A stretch of DNA of 64,000 nt. It comes from the human T2T-CHM13v2.0 reference genome, Homo sapiens. The translations under genes were made by a program, and so were the position numbers. The stretch is from the NCBI RefSeq assembly GCF_009914755.1, contig NC_060927.1. The stretch is one strand, 5' to 3'. This document shows positions 24,313 through 38,063 of the stretch, one piece after another; position 1 is the first letter of the stretch; each line of letters starts with the position of its first letter. The notes beneath the pieces are model-generated. The model searched no databases. It was not told where the DNA came from and saw nothing but the letters and a program-made list of their open reading frames with translations.

Positions 24313-27300
24313 GAAAAAGGCTTGACTTTAAAATGTCAAGATAACAGGAGAAACATCTTCTGCCAACTAAGAGGCAGCAGACAAGTTCCCAGACACCTTC
24401 AAGAAAGTCACCAAGGAGAAAGGACATTTGCCTGAACAGATTTTTAATGCAGATGAAAGTGCCTTATTCTGGGGGAAAATGCAACAAAAGAGATTTATGA
24501 GTAAGGAAGAGAAGTAAGCACCAGGATTTAAGGCAGAAAGAGATAAGCTAACTGTATGTTGTACAAATGCATTCGGGTTTATAATCAGGACTGCCTTTAT
24601 CTACAAAGCTGCTAACCTCTGGGCCTTGAATTGAAAAGACAAATATGAGCTGCTTGTCTTTTGGTTATACAACAAAAATGCATAAACAATGAGAACCCTT
24701 TTTCTGGATTACATCCATTGATGTTTTGTCCCTGAAGTAAGGCAGTACCTTGCCAGTAAGAGACTGCCTTTTAAAGTTCTTTTGATATTCGACAATGCCT
24801 CTGGCCACCCAGAATTCCACAAGTTCAATACCAAGGGCATTAAAGTGGACTATTTGTCCCCAGACACAATGTCTCTAATTCAGCCTGCAGATCAGGGGAT
24901 CATAAGGACCTTTAAAAAATCATTACATATGGTACCTTATGGAAAGGATTGTCAATGCTATGGAAGAGAACCCCGTTAGAGAGAACATCATAAAAGTGTG
25001 GGAGGATTACACCACTGAAAATGCCATCGTTGTCACAGGAAAAATCGATGAAAGCCATCAAACATAAAATAATAACTTTCTGCTGGAGAAAACTGTGTTC
25101 GGATGTTGTGCATGACTTCACAGGATTTACAACAGAGTCAGTCAAGGAATTCATGAAAGAGATTGTGGATATGGCAAAAAAAAAAAAATAAAGTGGTGGG
25201 TGAAGGGTTTCAAGATATGGATTTTGGAGAAATTTGAGAACTAGTAGACACCACAGCATAGGAATTAACAGATGATGACTTGATAAGGATGAGTGCTTCT
25301 GAACCAGTGCCAGATCATGAGGAAGAAGATGTAGAAGCACCAGTGCCAAAAACTTTAGACAATCCGACAAAAAAAGTTTTAATTATTCAAGAGTAGTTAC
25401 GACTTCTTTTGTGACAAGAATGATACAGGCACTGAAGCTAAAGCAAATGGTGGAAGAATAATTGGTACCATACAGAAACATTTTTGGAGAAATGAAAAAG
25501 CAAAATGTCAGACAGAAATTGTCATGTATTTCCATGGTTACACTAAGTGTGCTTGCCTCTCCTGCTTCCCCTTCCACCTCCTTCATTTTGTCTGCCTCTG
25601 CCACACCTGAGACAGCAAAACCAATCTCTCCTCTTTCTCCTCCTTAGTCTATTTAACCTGAAGACATCAAGGATAGAGACCCTTACCATGATCCACTTCC
25701 ACTTAATGAATAGTTAATATATTTTCTCTTACTATTTTCTTAACATTTTCTTTTCTCTAGCTTTATTGTGGGAATACCATATATAATATGTGTAACATAC
25801 AAAATATATATTAATCAACTGTTACATAATCAGTAAGGCTTCTGATCAATAGAAGGCTATTAGTAGTTAAGTTTTGGGGGAGTAAAGAGTTATATGATTT
25901 TCAACTGCATGGAAGATCAGTTCCCCTACCCACTGCATTGTTCAAGAGTCAACTATATATTAGTAGAATAAGTATCTAATTTTGGAACACTTTCATCACC
26001 CCAAAAGAAAACCTATACTCATTAGAAGTCATTTTCTCCATCCCATTCCCACATACCCTAGGCAATCACTAATGTACTTTCTATCTCTGTAGATTTACCA
26101 ATTCTGGACATTTCATGGAAACAGAATAATACAATATATGACTTGTGACTGGCTTCTTTCATTTAGCATCATGTTTTCAAGGTTCGGCCATGCTGTAGCC
26201 CCTATCAATACGTTATTTCTTTTAGTGTTGAATGATATTCCATTGTATGACTATACCACATTTTATTTATCCATTTATCAGTTGATGGACTTTTGGGTTG
26301 TTTCTACTTTTTGCCTATTATGACCAAGGCTGCTATGAATATTGCTATTTGTGTACAAATCTGTGTGTAGAAATATGCTTTAATTCTCTTGGGTATATAC
26401 CTATGAGTGAAACTGCTTGGTCATATGGCAACATTGTATTTAAACTTTTAAGGGAATGCCAGACCATTTTTCAAAGCAGATGCAATATTTAATATTCCCA
26501 CCAGCATTGTATGAGTATCCTGATTCTTCTATATTTTTGCCAACATTTGCTATTTTCTGATTTTTTAAATTATAGCTGTCCCAGTAAGTGTAAAGTAGTA
26601 TCTCATTATGGTTTGATTCACATTTCCTTGATGGCTAATGGTGCTGAGCATCTTTTCATATGCTTATTGGCTATTTTTGGTATATTTTTGTTAGATAGAT
26701 GTTTATCCAGATCCTTTGTCCCTTTTTAAATTGGGTTATTTGTCTTTTTATTATTGAATTATGAAGGTACTTTATATGTTTTGGATGCAAGAAACTTAGA
26801 TGTGTGAGTTGAAAATATTTTGTCTTAATTTATAGATTGCCTTTTTTACTTTCTTAATGATATTCTTTGTAAAAAGTATTTAATTTTGATGAAGTCCAAT
26901 TTATCTTTTTTTGTTGCTTGTGCTTTTGGTGTCATATCTAAGAAACCTTTGTTTAACTCAGGACACAAAGATTTACTTCTATTTTTCTGGTAAGAATTTT
27001 ATAGTTTTAACTCTTACATTTATGTTTATGATCCATTTTGAGTTAACTTTTGTGTATGGTATGAGGTAGAAACTCAATATCATTTTTCAAATGTGAATAA
27101 CCAATTGTTCCAGTATCATTTGTTGAAAAGATTTTCTTTCCTTATTGAATGTCTTGGCATCCTTGTTTAAAATTGATCGCAAATGTCAGAATTTCTTTAT
27201 AGACTCTCAATTGTATTCCATTGATCTGTATATCTATTCTTATACCACTACCAATCTGTCTTAATTACTGTAGCTTTACAGTAAGTTTTGAAATAAAAAT

Positions 27301-28188
27301 GTGAAGTCTTCAACTTTATTTTTCCTTTTCAAGATTGTTTTGGCTATTATGGATGCATCATATTTTCCTGTGAACTTTTGAATCAGCTTGCAAATTTCTG
27401 CAAAAAAGTCATCTGGGATTTTAATAGGGTTTACACTAAATCTATAGATCAATTTGGCAAGTATTGCCTGACTAACAGTGTTGAGTCTTCTGCCACATAA
27501 CATGAGTGCATTTCCGTTTACTTAGTCCTTTATACATTTATTTCAACAGTATTTCACAGTTTTCACTGGACAAGTCTTGCACTTTTTACATCTAATTCTA
27601 AGTTTTTAATTCTTTTTGATGCTACTGCAAATAGAATTGTTTTCTTAATTTCATTTTCAGATTGTTTATAAAATTAACTTTTGTATGTTGTCCTTGTATC
27701 CTCCTCTCTTGCTGAACTTATTTATTAGTTGTAGTAGTGTTTTGTGGATTCCTTGGGATTTTCTATATACAAGATAATGTCATCTACAGATAGAAATAAT
27801 TTAGGTTCTTCCTTTCCAGTCTGGATACTTTTCATTTCATTTTTTTGCCTAATTGCCCTGGCTGGAACTTTCAGTACAAGATTGATTGAAAAGTGGTGAC
27901 AGTGGATATCATTATCTTGTTCCTGATCTTAGGTGGAAATAATTTAGTTTTTTACCATTAAGAATGATGTTAACTGTGGGTTTTTCATAGGTAATCTTTA
28001 TCAGGTTGAGGAAGTTCTCTTTTATTCATAAATGTTGTTGCTATCTATTTAATCATCAAATGGGATTAGTTTTTGTCAGATATTTTCTCTGCATTTATTA
28101 AAATGACCATGTAAGAGGGTTTGGTCCTTCATTCTATAATGTGCACATTAATTGATTACACTGATAGAGTTTTGGATGTTAAAACAAC

Positions 28189-28340
28189 TTTATATTCCTG
28201 AGATAAATTCCACTAGGGAATTTATATTCCTGAGATAAATTCCACTAGGGAATTTATATTCCTGAGATAAATTCCACTAGGGAATTTATATTCCTGAGAT
28301 AAATTCCACTAGGGAATTTATATTCCTGAGATAAATTCCA
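28189..28340 (+). repeat. 32-bp minisatellite, 4.75 identical copies, with an internal palindrome
   Basis: Unit TTTATATTCCTGAGATAAATTCCACTAGGGAA at 28189, 28221, 28253 and 28285, plus a 24-nt partial unit at 28317. Confidence 0.97.
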
Positions 28341-28820
28341 ACTTTTACATGTTGCAGGATTCTGCCTGCTAATATTTTATTAAGAAATTTTGCATCTATA
28401 TTTATGAAGAATATTCGTCTGTAGTGTTAGTTTCTTGTGATATCAATTTTGTTTTGGTATCAGTGAAATACTGCCCCATAGAATGATTTGGGAAGTGTTC
28501 CCTCCTCTTTTTGGTAGAGTTTTAAAAAAAAAATTAGCATTATTTGTTCTTCAAATGTGTGTTAGAATTCACTAATGAAGCCATTTGGGTCTTGGCTTCC
28601 CTTTGGGGATAACTTTTAAGCTAGTAAATCAATCCCGTTATTTGTTATAGGGCAATTCAGATTTTCTGTTTCTTCTTGAGTCAGTTTTGGTGTTTTGTGT
28701 CTTTCTAGAAATTTGTTCCTTTTATCTAGGCTATCTAATCTGTTGGTGTACAATTGTACATAATATTTCCTTATAATTCTTTATATTACTCTAAGATCGG
28801 TAGTAATATCCTCTCTTTCA

Positions 28821-28932
28821 TTTTTTTAGAGACAGAGCTTCACTCTGTTGTCCAGGCTGGAGTGTAATGGCACAACTTTAGCTTACTGCAGCCTCAAACT
28901 CCTGGGCTCAAGCTGTCCTCCCACTTCAGCCT
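28821..28932 (-). mobile_element. Alu monomer fragment (FLAM/AluJ-like)
   Basis: tttttagagacagag…gtccaggctggagtg…cagcctcaaactcctgggctcaagc. Confidence 0.8.
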
Positions 28933-31587
28933 TTCTTATTCCAGATTTTGGTAATTTGAGTTTCCTCTCTTTTTCCTTGGTCAAGCTAGTTAAAGGTTTG
29001 TCAATTTTATTGATCTTTTCAAAGAGCCAACTTTTTGTTTCATTGATTCTCTCTGTTGTTTTTCTGTTATCTATTTCATTTATTTCTGCTTCAATATTTC
29101 CTTCCCTCTGCTTGCTTTCAGTTAAGTTTGCTCTTTCTTTTTTCATTTCTTAAGGTGGAAGGTAAGGTTATTGATTTGAGATTCTTCTTCTTTTTTAATG
29201 TAGATATTTATAGCTATACATTTCCCTGTGAGCACTGCTTTTGCTGCATTACAAAAGTTTTCATTTGTTGTGTTTAGTTACATGTATGTCAAAGTGTTTT
29301 CTAATTTTCCTGTTATTTACTTTTTGATCCATTGGTTATTTTGAAGCATGTTTAATTTTCACATATTAGTACATTTTCAAGTTTCCTTCTGTTACTGATT
29401 TCCAATTTTATTTTATTATGGTTAGATAACATACCTTGTATGATTCCTTGAAAATTTATTGAGGTTTGCTTTATGTTTATTGTTTATTCTGGAAAATGTT
29501 CCATGTGTGCTTGACAAGAATGTGTATTCTGCTGTTGTCAGGTGGATTACTTTCTATATACATCTCTTAGATCTAGTTGGTTTATAGTTTGTTCAAGTCT
29601 TCAATTTTCTTATTGAGCTTCTGTCTATTGTTGCATCCATTATTGAAGTTGGGGTACTGAAGTCTCTGTTATTGTTGAATTGTCTATTTCTCCTTTTTAT
29701 TCTGTCAGTTTTTCTTTCATATATTTTTGGGCTCTGTTGTTATGTGCACATATGTTTATAATTGTTATGCTTACCAGATATATTGAAAATTTATCATTAT
29801 AAAATTTCCTGCTTTGTTTCTAGTAAAAATTTTTGTTTTAAGGTGGATTTTGTCTGATATTAATACAAACATTTCTGCTTTCTTTTGGCCATTATTTGCA
29901 TGATGTATCTTTTTCTGTCTTTTTACTTCTAACCTGTTTGTGTTTTGAATCTACAGTGGAACCTTATAGCCAACAGACTGATGAATCATATTTGTTTAAA
30001 ATCCATTTTCCCAACCTCTGACTTTTAATTAGAGGGTTTAATCCATTTACATTTAATATAATTGTTAAAATAGGATTTATGGCTGTCATTTTGCTATTTG
30101 TTTTCTATATGCCTTATGACTTTTCATTCCTGTTCTTCCATTATTGCCTTCTTTTGTTTTAAAAGGATATTTTCTAGTATATAATTATAATTCCATTTTT
30201 AACCATATTTTTTGAGTTCTTTTCTTAGTGGTTGCACTGAGAATTATAATTAACATCTTAACTTAAAACATCCTACTTTGGATTAATATTAACTTAATTT
30301 TATTAATATCTAGAAACTTGGTGTCAATATTGCTTGATTTCATCTGTACTCTTTTGTGTTTTTATCACAAATTAAATCTTGATATAAGCCCACCCATACA
30401 ATGTTATAATTGCTTTGTGAAACTGTCTTTTAAATCACATAGCAGAAGAAAAGATTACAAAATGTATATTTATACTGTGGTTTACATTTGTCTATGTAAT
30501 TACCTTTACTGGTGCTCTTTATTTCTTTGTGTGAATTAGAGTTACCATCTAATGTCCTTTCATTTCAGCCTGAGGAACTGTCTTTGTTATTTCTTGTAAA
30601 GCAGATTTACTATTGATAAATTTTCTCTATTTTAGGTTGTCTGAGAATGTTTTAAATTCTTTTTCACTTTCCAAGGGTAATTTTGCTGTATGCAGAACTC
30701 TTGGTTAACGACATTCTCTTCCCCTCACCCTCTAGTACTTTAAATATGTCATTTCACTGTCTTCTGGCTTCCATGGTTTCTGTTGAGAAGTCAGCTACTA
30801 ATCTTATTAAGGATTTCCTTTATGTAATGAATTGTTTTTCTCTTGCTATTTTCAAGATTCTGTATTTGACTTTGGCTTCCAACAGTTTGATTATAGTATC
30901 TCCTTGATAGTATGTTACTTAGTGTTTGTTCAGCTTCTTCAATGGGTTGATTAAAGATTTCTGTTTCTCCTCTCCTTCTGAAATTCCCATTATACGTATT
31001 TTAATGTGTTTGATGGTGTCTCGCAAGTCTCTAAGGCTGTGTTCATTTTCTTCCATCTTTTTCTTACTATTCTTCAGGCTAGATAATCTTTGTTGAATGA
31101 TTTTCAAGTTTGTTGATTCTTCTGCCCACTCAAGTCTGCTGTTGAAACCTGATAGTATTTTTTCACTCAAATAATTGTATTTTTGCTCTTTTTAAAAAAT
31201 AATTTTTATTCATTTGGTGATATTTTCTACTTAATGAGTCACTGCTGTCACACTTTATTTAATTGTTTGGCTATAGTTCCTTTAGTTCTTTGAACATATT
31301 TATAAAATTGAACATCTTTGTCTGGTAAGTCCAACATCTAGTCCCCCTTCAGGGATAATTTTCATTAACTGCTTTCTTTTCTTTGTATAGGTCACACCTT
31401 CTTATTTCTCTATGTGTTTCACAATTTTCATTGAAAATTGGGTACCTTAGATAATATTATGTGGTAATTTTGGGAATCATTTAGGGTTTGTTGTTGTTCA
31501 TGCTTTTGTTGCTATTGTCTGTATTCTTTGTGGTTTGTGAAGCTTCTGCTCAATTAGTTTAGTGATTAGATGATGTTTGGCCAGAGA

Positions 31588-31900
<313 letters not shown>

Positions 31901-32283
31901 AGTCAGAGTTTTTTTTTAATGCCTTGAGCCGATACATCTTCCAATTTTTGCTGAGGGACTCTGTGTTTGTAAAATCATGTCTTTCAACACTCAGACAGTT
32001 TACACCTTTACCTTCGACTTTACTTTCTACTAGCTCAGGGCCTCAAGATCAGCCAGTGAGGAGGGATTGGGGTATTCTCAGGTCTTTTCTTCAATGCATA
32101 TAGCATTGCATGGCATGCATCCTTCTAGGTCCCCAGAAATATGTTAGAGATTTTCAAGGTCCTTTCTGGCATATTGGTCCCTAGATCTCCCTTTTAACTA
32201 TTGGGCAGGTTCTTGCTTACCTCAACTGGTATTATTACAGCTTTGGAAAACTGTGCTGTTAAATAATTGACACTGATTTTTTT

Positions 32284-32489
32284 TAAAGCTTTTTCATTAA
32301 AAACTTTTTAACTGACAAATAATAATTGTACATATTCATAAGGTACGTAGCAATGCTTTCATACGTATAATGAAGAATATTCAAATCAGGATAATTAACA
32401 TATTCATCTCATTTATCATTTCTTTGGGATCATTCAATATTATCCTTCTAGCTATTTGAAACTATATAATATATCATTGTTACTATGGC
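32284..32489 (-). mobile_element. L1MA 3'-end fragment nested in the L1MB
   Basis: aactgacaaataataattgtacatattcat…atcaggataattaacatattcatc; TSD cactgatt.ttt at 32271 and 32490. Confidence 0.75.
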
Positions 32490-34786
32490 CACTGATTATT
32501 TTGACAAACCTTCTGAAGACAGGACTTTTCCTATAGGGTGAGATCTGAGTTAAGTAATGACAGCATGTTGCAAATGGGGTTTCTCCAGGGAACTATGAGG
32601 TAGACCACATAGTGACAACGCTCTAGGGTGGGGCTTTTTGAGACGCTCCAAACGCGGTACATGTTGACTGAATGGCTGCTGATTTTCAAGGCTACTGCAG
32701 AGATGGAAAGACAGGAATGAGAGTAGGTCAAGTTAAAGTGCCATGAACCCTGCTGTTCTTACTGAGGTAAGCAGTTTTCGTCAAATGAATGGTCTTCACG
32801 TTGTTGCAGGGCTTTGGTTAATCTTAGAGTTCTGAAAACTTTGATTTAAACATTTTTGTGACTGTTTTATTCCTTTTCGGAAGAGCAGACTTATGGAGGC
32901 CTTTCTTTTAGCAATTTGCATGTCCAATCTTGTTTAATTTTTTAATATTGTGAGTAGTGTGATTACATTTTCTAAGAGTTCATATAATAAAAATGAGAAC
33001 AGCTACAGTACAAATGCCAGCATAACCTAGACATCACTGGGAAAACAAAAGGCTCATTGACTGTGTAATTTTAATGAAGGGTGTAAGGACACATGTAACT
33101 GGACTAAGGAGATAAAGAATCAAAACATAGCATATTATGTGATATGTGAAAAAAATGTTGAATTGTGCCTGATGATGAAGGAGACATGAAAACAGATGGA
33201 CACTGCATCTCCCAAATCCAGAAAGAGACAGATACGTACTTCTAAATCAATCAAATAATTTTTCATCTCCAAACAATACAATAAAGCTTAGCTGAAAATA
33301 GTACCTGCTGAATTAACTCAAGATAACCAACAAACATGTATTATCATGTAATTCCCTTGTTACCTGAAATTGAGTGAAATTTCCTTTCTTGATTAAAATA
33401 GCAATTAAACACAATTATAATGTCCTGTGAGTGAACCAAAGGGAAAATTTTGTTAACAGATGTTGGTGTTGACCCCTTACAGTGTAGCACAGATTTTTTT
33501 CAGCTCTTACCAATGGTCATACTTTCTACCATGTATCAAATAATGCATCTTATCCTGAAAACCAGCAACAGCTTGTAGGAATTAGTTTCCAGATCTCCAC
33601 AAATGTCCATCCATTTGGTAAATACAGGCTTGTTTTGGAGAGCTGGAAACTAATTCCTATCAATCTAAAAACCTGCTGCTGCTAGTAAGTAAAATATTTT
33701 TATTATATTAAGTAACCCATGCCAAACACTTTCACTGAGACTTGAGGGTATATTTAGCTTGATGTCATCACACTGAACCGATATCAGAATCCATATAGTG
33801 TGCATTTGATAAGAACAGAACTACAAGTCAAAGTAACTCTTATGTTTGACTATATTCAGTTTTACCCCTACATAAAAGAAAAGAAAAAATATCCTAAAGG
33901 TTCCAGGGAGTTCAAAAAAGCATTACTGGCAATGAAAAATCAAGGGTAAAAATACCCTATTGTATCATGGAACAAAAAGAAAAAATTCATTGTTATTTTT
34001 TATTAAATATAGGTAATGTCTCTTTAATAACTCCAATTGTATTATCTGTTTCTTTTCAGAAGTCCTACATTTATGTATGTTAAGAATACACAATATAGCC
34101 TATAAAATTTGAATATTGATTTAAAAGGTTTTCTTAAAAAAGAGTTTAAATAAGTTGCTCTATCAGAAGACAGAAAAAAATATAGAAATGTTATATTTTA
34201 TTACATATTTATTTTATTGGTCCTATGATTTTTGCTCAGTGCCACTGTTAGCTAGTCCTATTGTTGTTTTGTTTAAATAATAGCCTTTTGTTGTAGAAAA
34301 GTAAATAATACAAAATAATATCTAGTTTCACATAAATATTTATTGTTCATATTTTATATTAAAATAGTAAAACGTGTATGATTATTACATACATTATTGT
34401 TATTATTTTATTTCACATGACTGTGTTCTGAGTTGGTTCTCTATGAAGTGGATACTATCTACAAACTACACCAAATCCTGGTCATTTTAGGGGCTTGGGT
34501 GCCCCGGGGTTGTTAGTGAAACAGAGACAGGAACCCCGCCAATCTGTTCCAAGAGCCTGGAGTGTCCATCTAGAGGCTGGGACAGCAGCAGAAGTTGGTG
34601 GAAAACTCTCGTGCCCAGAAAGAGATTTCAGGGCTGTACAGTGCCTACAGGAAACAAGCCCACGTGATACTCCCTGTGACTCAGAAATATTGGGTGGCTA
34701 GGAGGACTTTGGAGAGGAACCTAAGGTCTTCTACGAATATGTATGGTCAAGTGCTGATAAAGGGGAGTTATTAATGTTAATGTAAC

Positions 34787-35178
34787 TGTATTAGTTAGCT
34801 TGGGCTGCAATAACAAAATATTGTAGGCCAGAAGGCTTAAATGACAGAAATTCATTTTCTCACAATTCTGGAAGCTGGAAGTTCAGGATTAAGGTGCCAG
34901 AAGGGTTGGCTTCTCCTGAGGCTTCTCTCCTTGGCTTGCAAATGGCCACCTCCTCACTGTGTCCTCACATGGTTTTTCCTCTGTACACATGTGAAGAGAG
35001 AGCACTGGTGTCTCTTCTTCTTCTTATAAAGCCACAGTCCTACTGGATTAGAAGCCTATCCTTATGACTTCATTTACCTTAATTACCTCCTTACAGGCCT
35101 TATCTCCAAATTATAGTCACACTGAGTTTTAAGGCTTCAATATATAAATTCGGGGTAACGCAATTCAGTCCGTAACAA
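34787..35178 (-). mobile_element. MLT1A/B-type solo LTR
   Basis: tgtattagttagcttgggctgcaataacaaaata…ggcttctctccttggcttgca…caattcagtccgtaaca. Confidence 0.87.
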
Positions 35179-35453
35179 TGGCCCTCATTGGCACCCATAG
35201 GCAGGCAGAGCCCATAGAGCAGAAAATAGAAATGAGATCAAAGAAGCACGGGCATCAACTGAAGAAATATCAGTGGTTACACTCTCCTGTTTAATTGTAC
35301 AGACTCTATCTGAGTCTTTGAAAGATTATGCAAACCATTAATTATGATAGAGAGGATTTGAATAATAAATCAATAAAAATTATTAATAAGTATCCAAGGA
35401 TCTTTGTGTTCTCTAAATAGAGAATATATATTCTTTTTTATTGCATATAGAAT

Positions 35454-35481
35454 ACACACACACACACACACACACACACAC
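35454..35481 (+). repeat. (CA)n microsatellite
   Basis: About 14 CA units. Confidence 0.95.
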
Positions 35482-35519
35482 TATTCCACACTCTTCATAA
35501 TGCCACAAGCTTTAAAGTA

Positions 35520-35980
35520 ATAACAAAAACCTCTAAATACATGGGAATTTAAAAAATGCTATGCTTAAAAACTCTTGGGTCAAAGAGAAAATTCAAACTA
35601 TAATTAGAATAATAGGAATAATTAATAACATAGCAGCATTTGTGGAATGGGCCCCAAAGCATTACCAAATGGGAAATCAGTAGCCCTAAATGCTGCCATT
35701 AATAAACAGACAGAATGAAAATAAATGAGCTCCCGATTCCATTCAATAAGCTCTAAAAAGAACATCAAATAAAGAAAAGAAATTAATGATGATAAAATGC
35801 AGACATTAATTAATTAGAAAGCAGAAAAGCAGAAGAACTGATAAATACCTTTAAAAGCTGGTTCTCTGAAAAAGGCAAAACAATAAAATAGAAAATATTC
35901 TGACCAGTTTAACAAAACAAAAGATAGAAAACACAAATCAATGAAATTGTGAATGAATAAGTGATGTAACCAAAATAGCT
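35520..35980 (+). mobile_element. Ancient L1 ORF2 fragment
   Basis: tcttgggtcaaagagaaaattcaaac…agccctaaatgc…aaaagctggttctctgaaaa. Confidence 0.65.
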
Positions 35981-36215
35981 TGTAACAATTTGATTCTAAA
36001 ACTTGTTAGAAAGGCTGTGACTCTCAATCTGCATGGAAATCTAGTTTGTTCATTTCAATTGCAGAATTATTTTCCAGCATGTGACTATATCACAGTGTAC
36101 TTATCTTCTCTGTCAATGAATATTTACATTGTTTTCTGGTGCTGCAAAAAATACTACTACAATAGACATGGTTGTACATATACCTTGTGCATATGTGTAA
36201 GAGTTCTGCAAGGGC

Positions 36216-36393
36216 ATTGATTTTCAAAATGTGGTTCTTGGACCAGTAGCATCATCTGGGAACTGGTTAGCAATGCAAATTCTTAGGCCCCACCCCAGAC
36301 ATACTGAATCAGAAACTCTAGGGTTAGGTCCCAGGACTCTTTTAACAGGCCCTTCAGGTGATTCTGATGCATGCTCTAGTTTGCAAAGCACAG
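36216..36393. mobile_element. MER5A (hAT-Charlie)
   Basis: aatgcaaattcttaggccccaccccagacatactgaatcagaaactct…caggtgattctgatgca. Confidence 0.88.
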
Positions 36394-36735
36394 CTCTAGA
36401 GTGTATATCTAGAAGTAGAATTGTTGATTGCAGGGTTAAGTGCAACTCAGTTTTTACAGGACATTGCCAATGACCTTCCTAAATGCTATGCCAATTTACA
36501 CTTTAATAAGCAGTTAATAAGGTTTTTGTTAAGCTGTAGTCTTGCAAACACTTGGTGTTATAAGACTTAAAATGTCAAAGTGATAGGTGCAAACTAGTGC
36601 TTCATTGTTTTTGTTTGCATTTCTTCGATAACTGGTGAAGTTAAACACCTTATCCTAGGTTTTTTGATCCATTGGTTTTCTCCTATGTTCATTGCCTGCT
36701 CATATTTTTTGCCCATTTTTCTGTTGGGTTGATGA

Positions 36736-37057
<322 letters not shown>

Positions 37058-38063
37058 TGATGATCTATTTCTAAATGACATGCAGAAGTTCTTTATGTAT
37101 GTCAGGCATGCATATTGCAAATATCTTTTCCCACTATCTGGTTTGTCTTTTTACTTTAATTAGGGAGATTATAATTAAACAGAAGTTTGACTTTCTATGT
37201 GATAATAAAATTCATCGCTTTTTCATAATTTGTGCTTTGTGGGAGGTCTTGGTCAAGAAATCCTGTCTGAGTCCAGTGCCATAAAGAACTTCTCCATGTC
37301 TCTTATAAAACAGAGATAACCTGAGAAGTAGTGCGTAAGTGTACACTTAATGAATATGCCAGAGTTCCAGAGCCATTGCCCACTGGCCTTCCTGAGCGCT
37401 TCTCCATGAAAAAAGAACAATTATCTTCTTTTTGTAACTTTATATTTCCATCCCTCTCCTCTGTCCCCACCTTGCTTCTGTTACCTTGTCTTTCCACTTC
37501 TAGGCAGAGACTGTGAATCCCAGACACTAACTACACATGAAACATTGATGGTTGCTGATGATGGTGGTGATGAAATTTATAATGGAAATGAGGTAACCAA
37601 TTCCGAGAGGTGTAACCACCAGAGAAACACCACTGGCTGTACAGAGAACAGAAAATAAACCTAATAAAATTCTACCTATAGAATTATTGTTTTCATATGA
37701 TACATGATTTAGAACACAGATAACTAGGGAGGTAGAGTGTTTCACAAAAGGCTTCCTAAAACTGGCACTGGCTGTTGCTGACATTAACATGTCCTTCAGA
37801 CAGAGATTTGAAAAAAAAACATTTGGGAGAAACCAAGGAAATCTATTCACCCTCATATTGATGGATCTACCCTGTTTGAGGATAGAGAGAAAAATACCAA
37901 CATGTGGGTTTTTCAAAAAATTACTGAAGGAAAAGGAAATGCAATTGCATCTAGAAGATTCAAGGGACGAGCACCCTTCTGAAAATGATCTGTTATAGGA
38001 CCCAGAGGGGAAAAAATCTGAGAAATTAGTTAGCATTCTGAATAGAGTGCTAAGTATGGAGTC

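Larger units (their letters stand above)
21981..25955 (+). mobile_element. Tigger2 (pogo/Tc1-mariner) DNA transposon, near full length, with decayed transposase
   Basis: Right end …gttcaagagtcaacta+TA and a Tigger2/MER28-type 3' region. Transposase remnants include IFDNASGHP…SLIQPADQGIIRTFK (ORF 24782-24979; DDD motifs). Left TIR is missing. Interrupted by a GAAA/GGAA tract and an L1PA. Confidence 0.88.

Noticed and set aside
28189-28340. CRISPR-like array (32-bp palindromic direct repeats)
   Set aside because: The units are contiguous with no spacers, there are no cas genes, and the context is a primate L1; it is a minisatellite.
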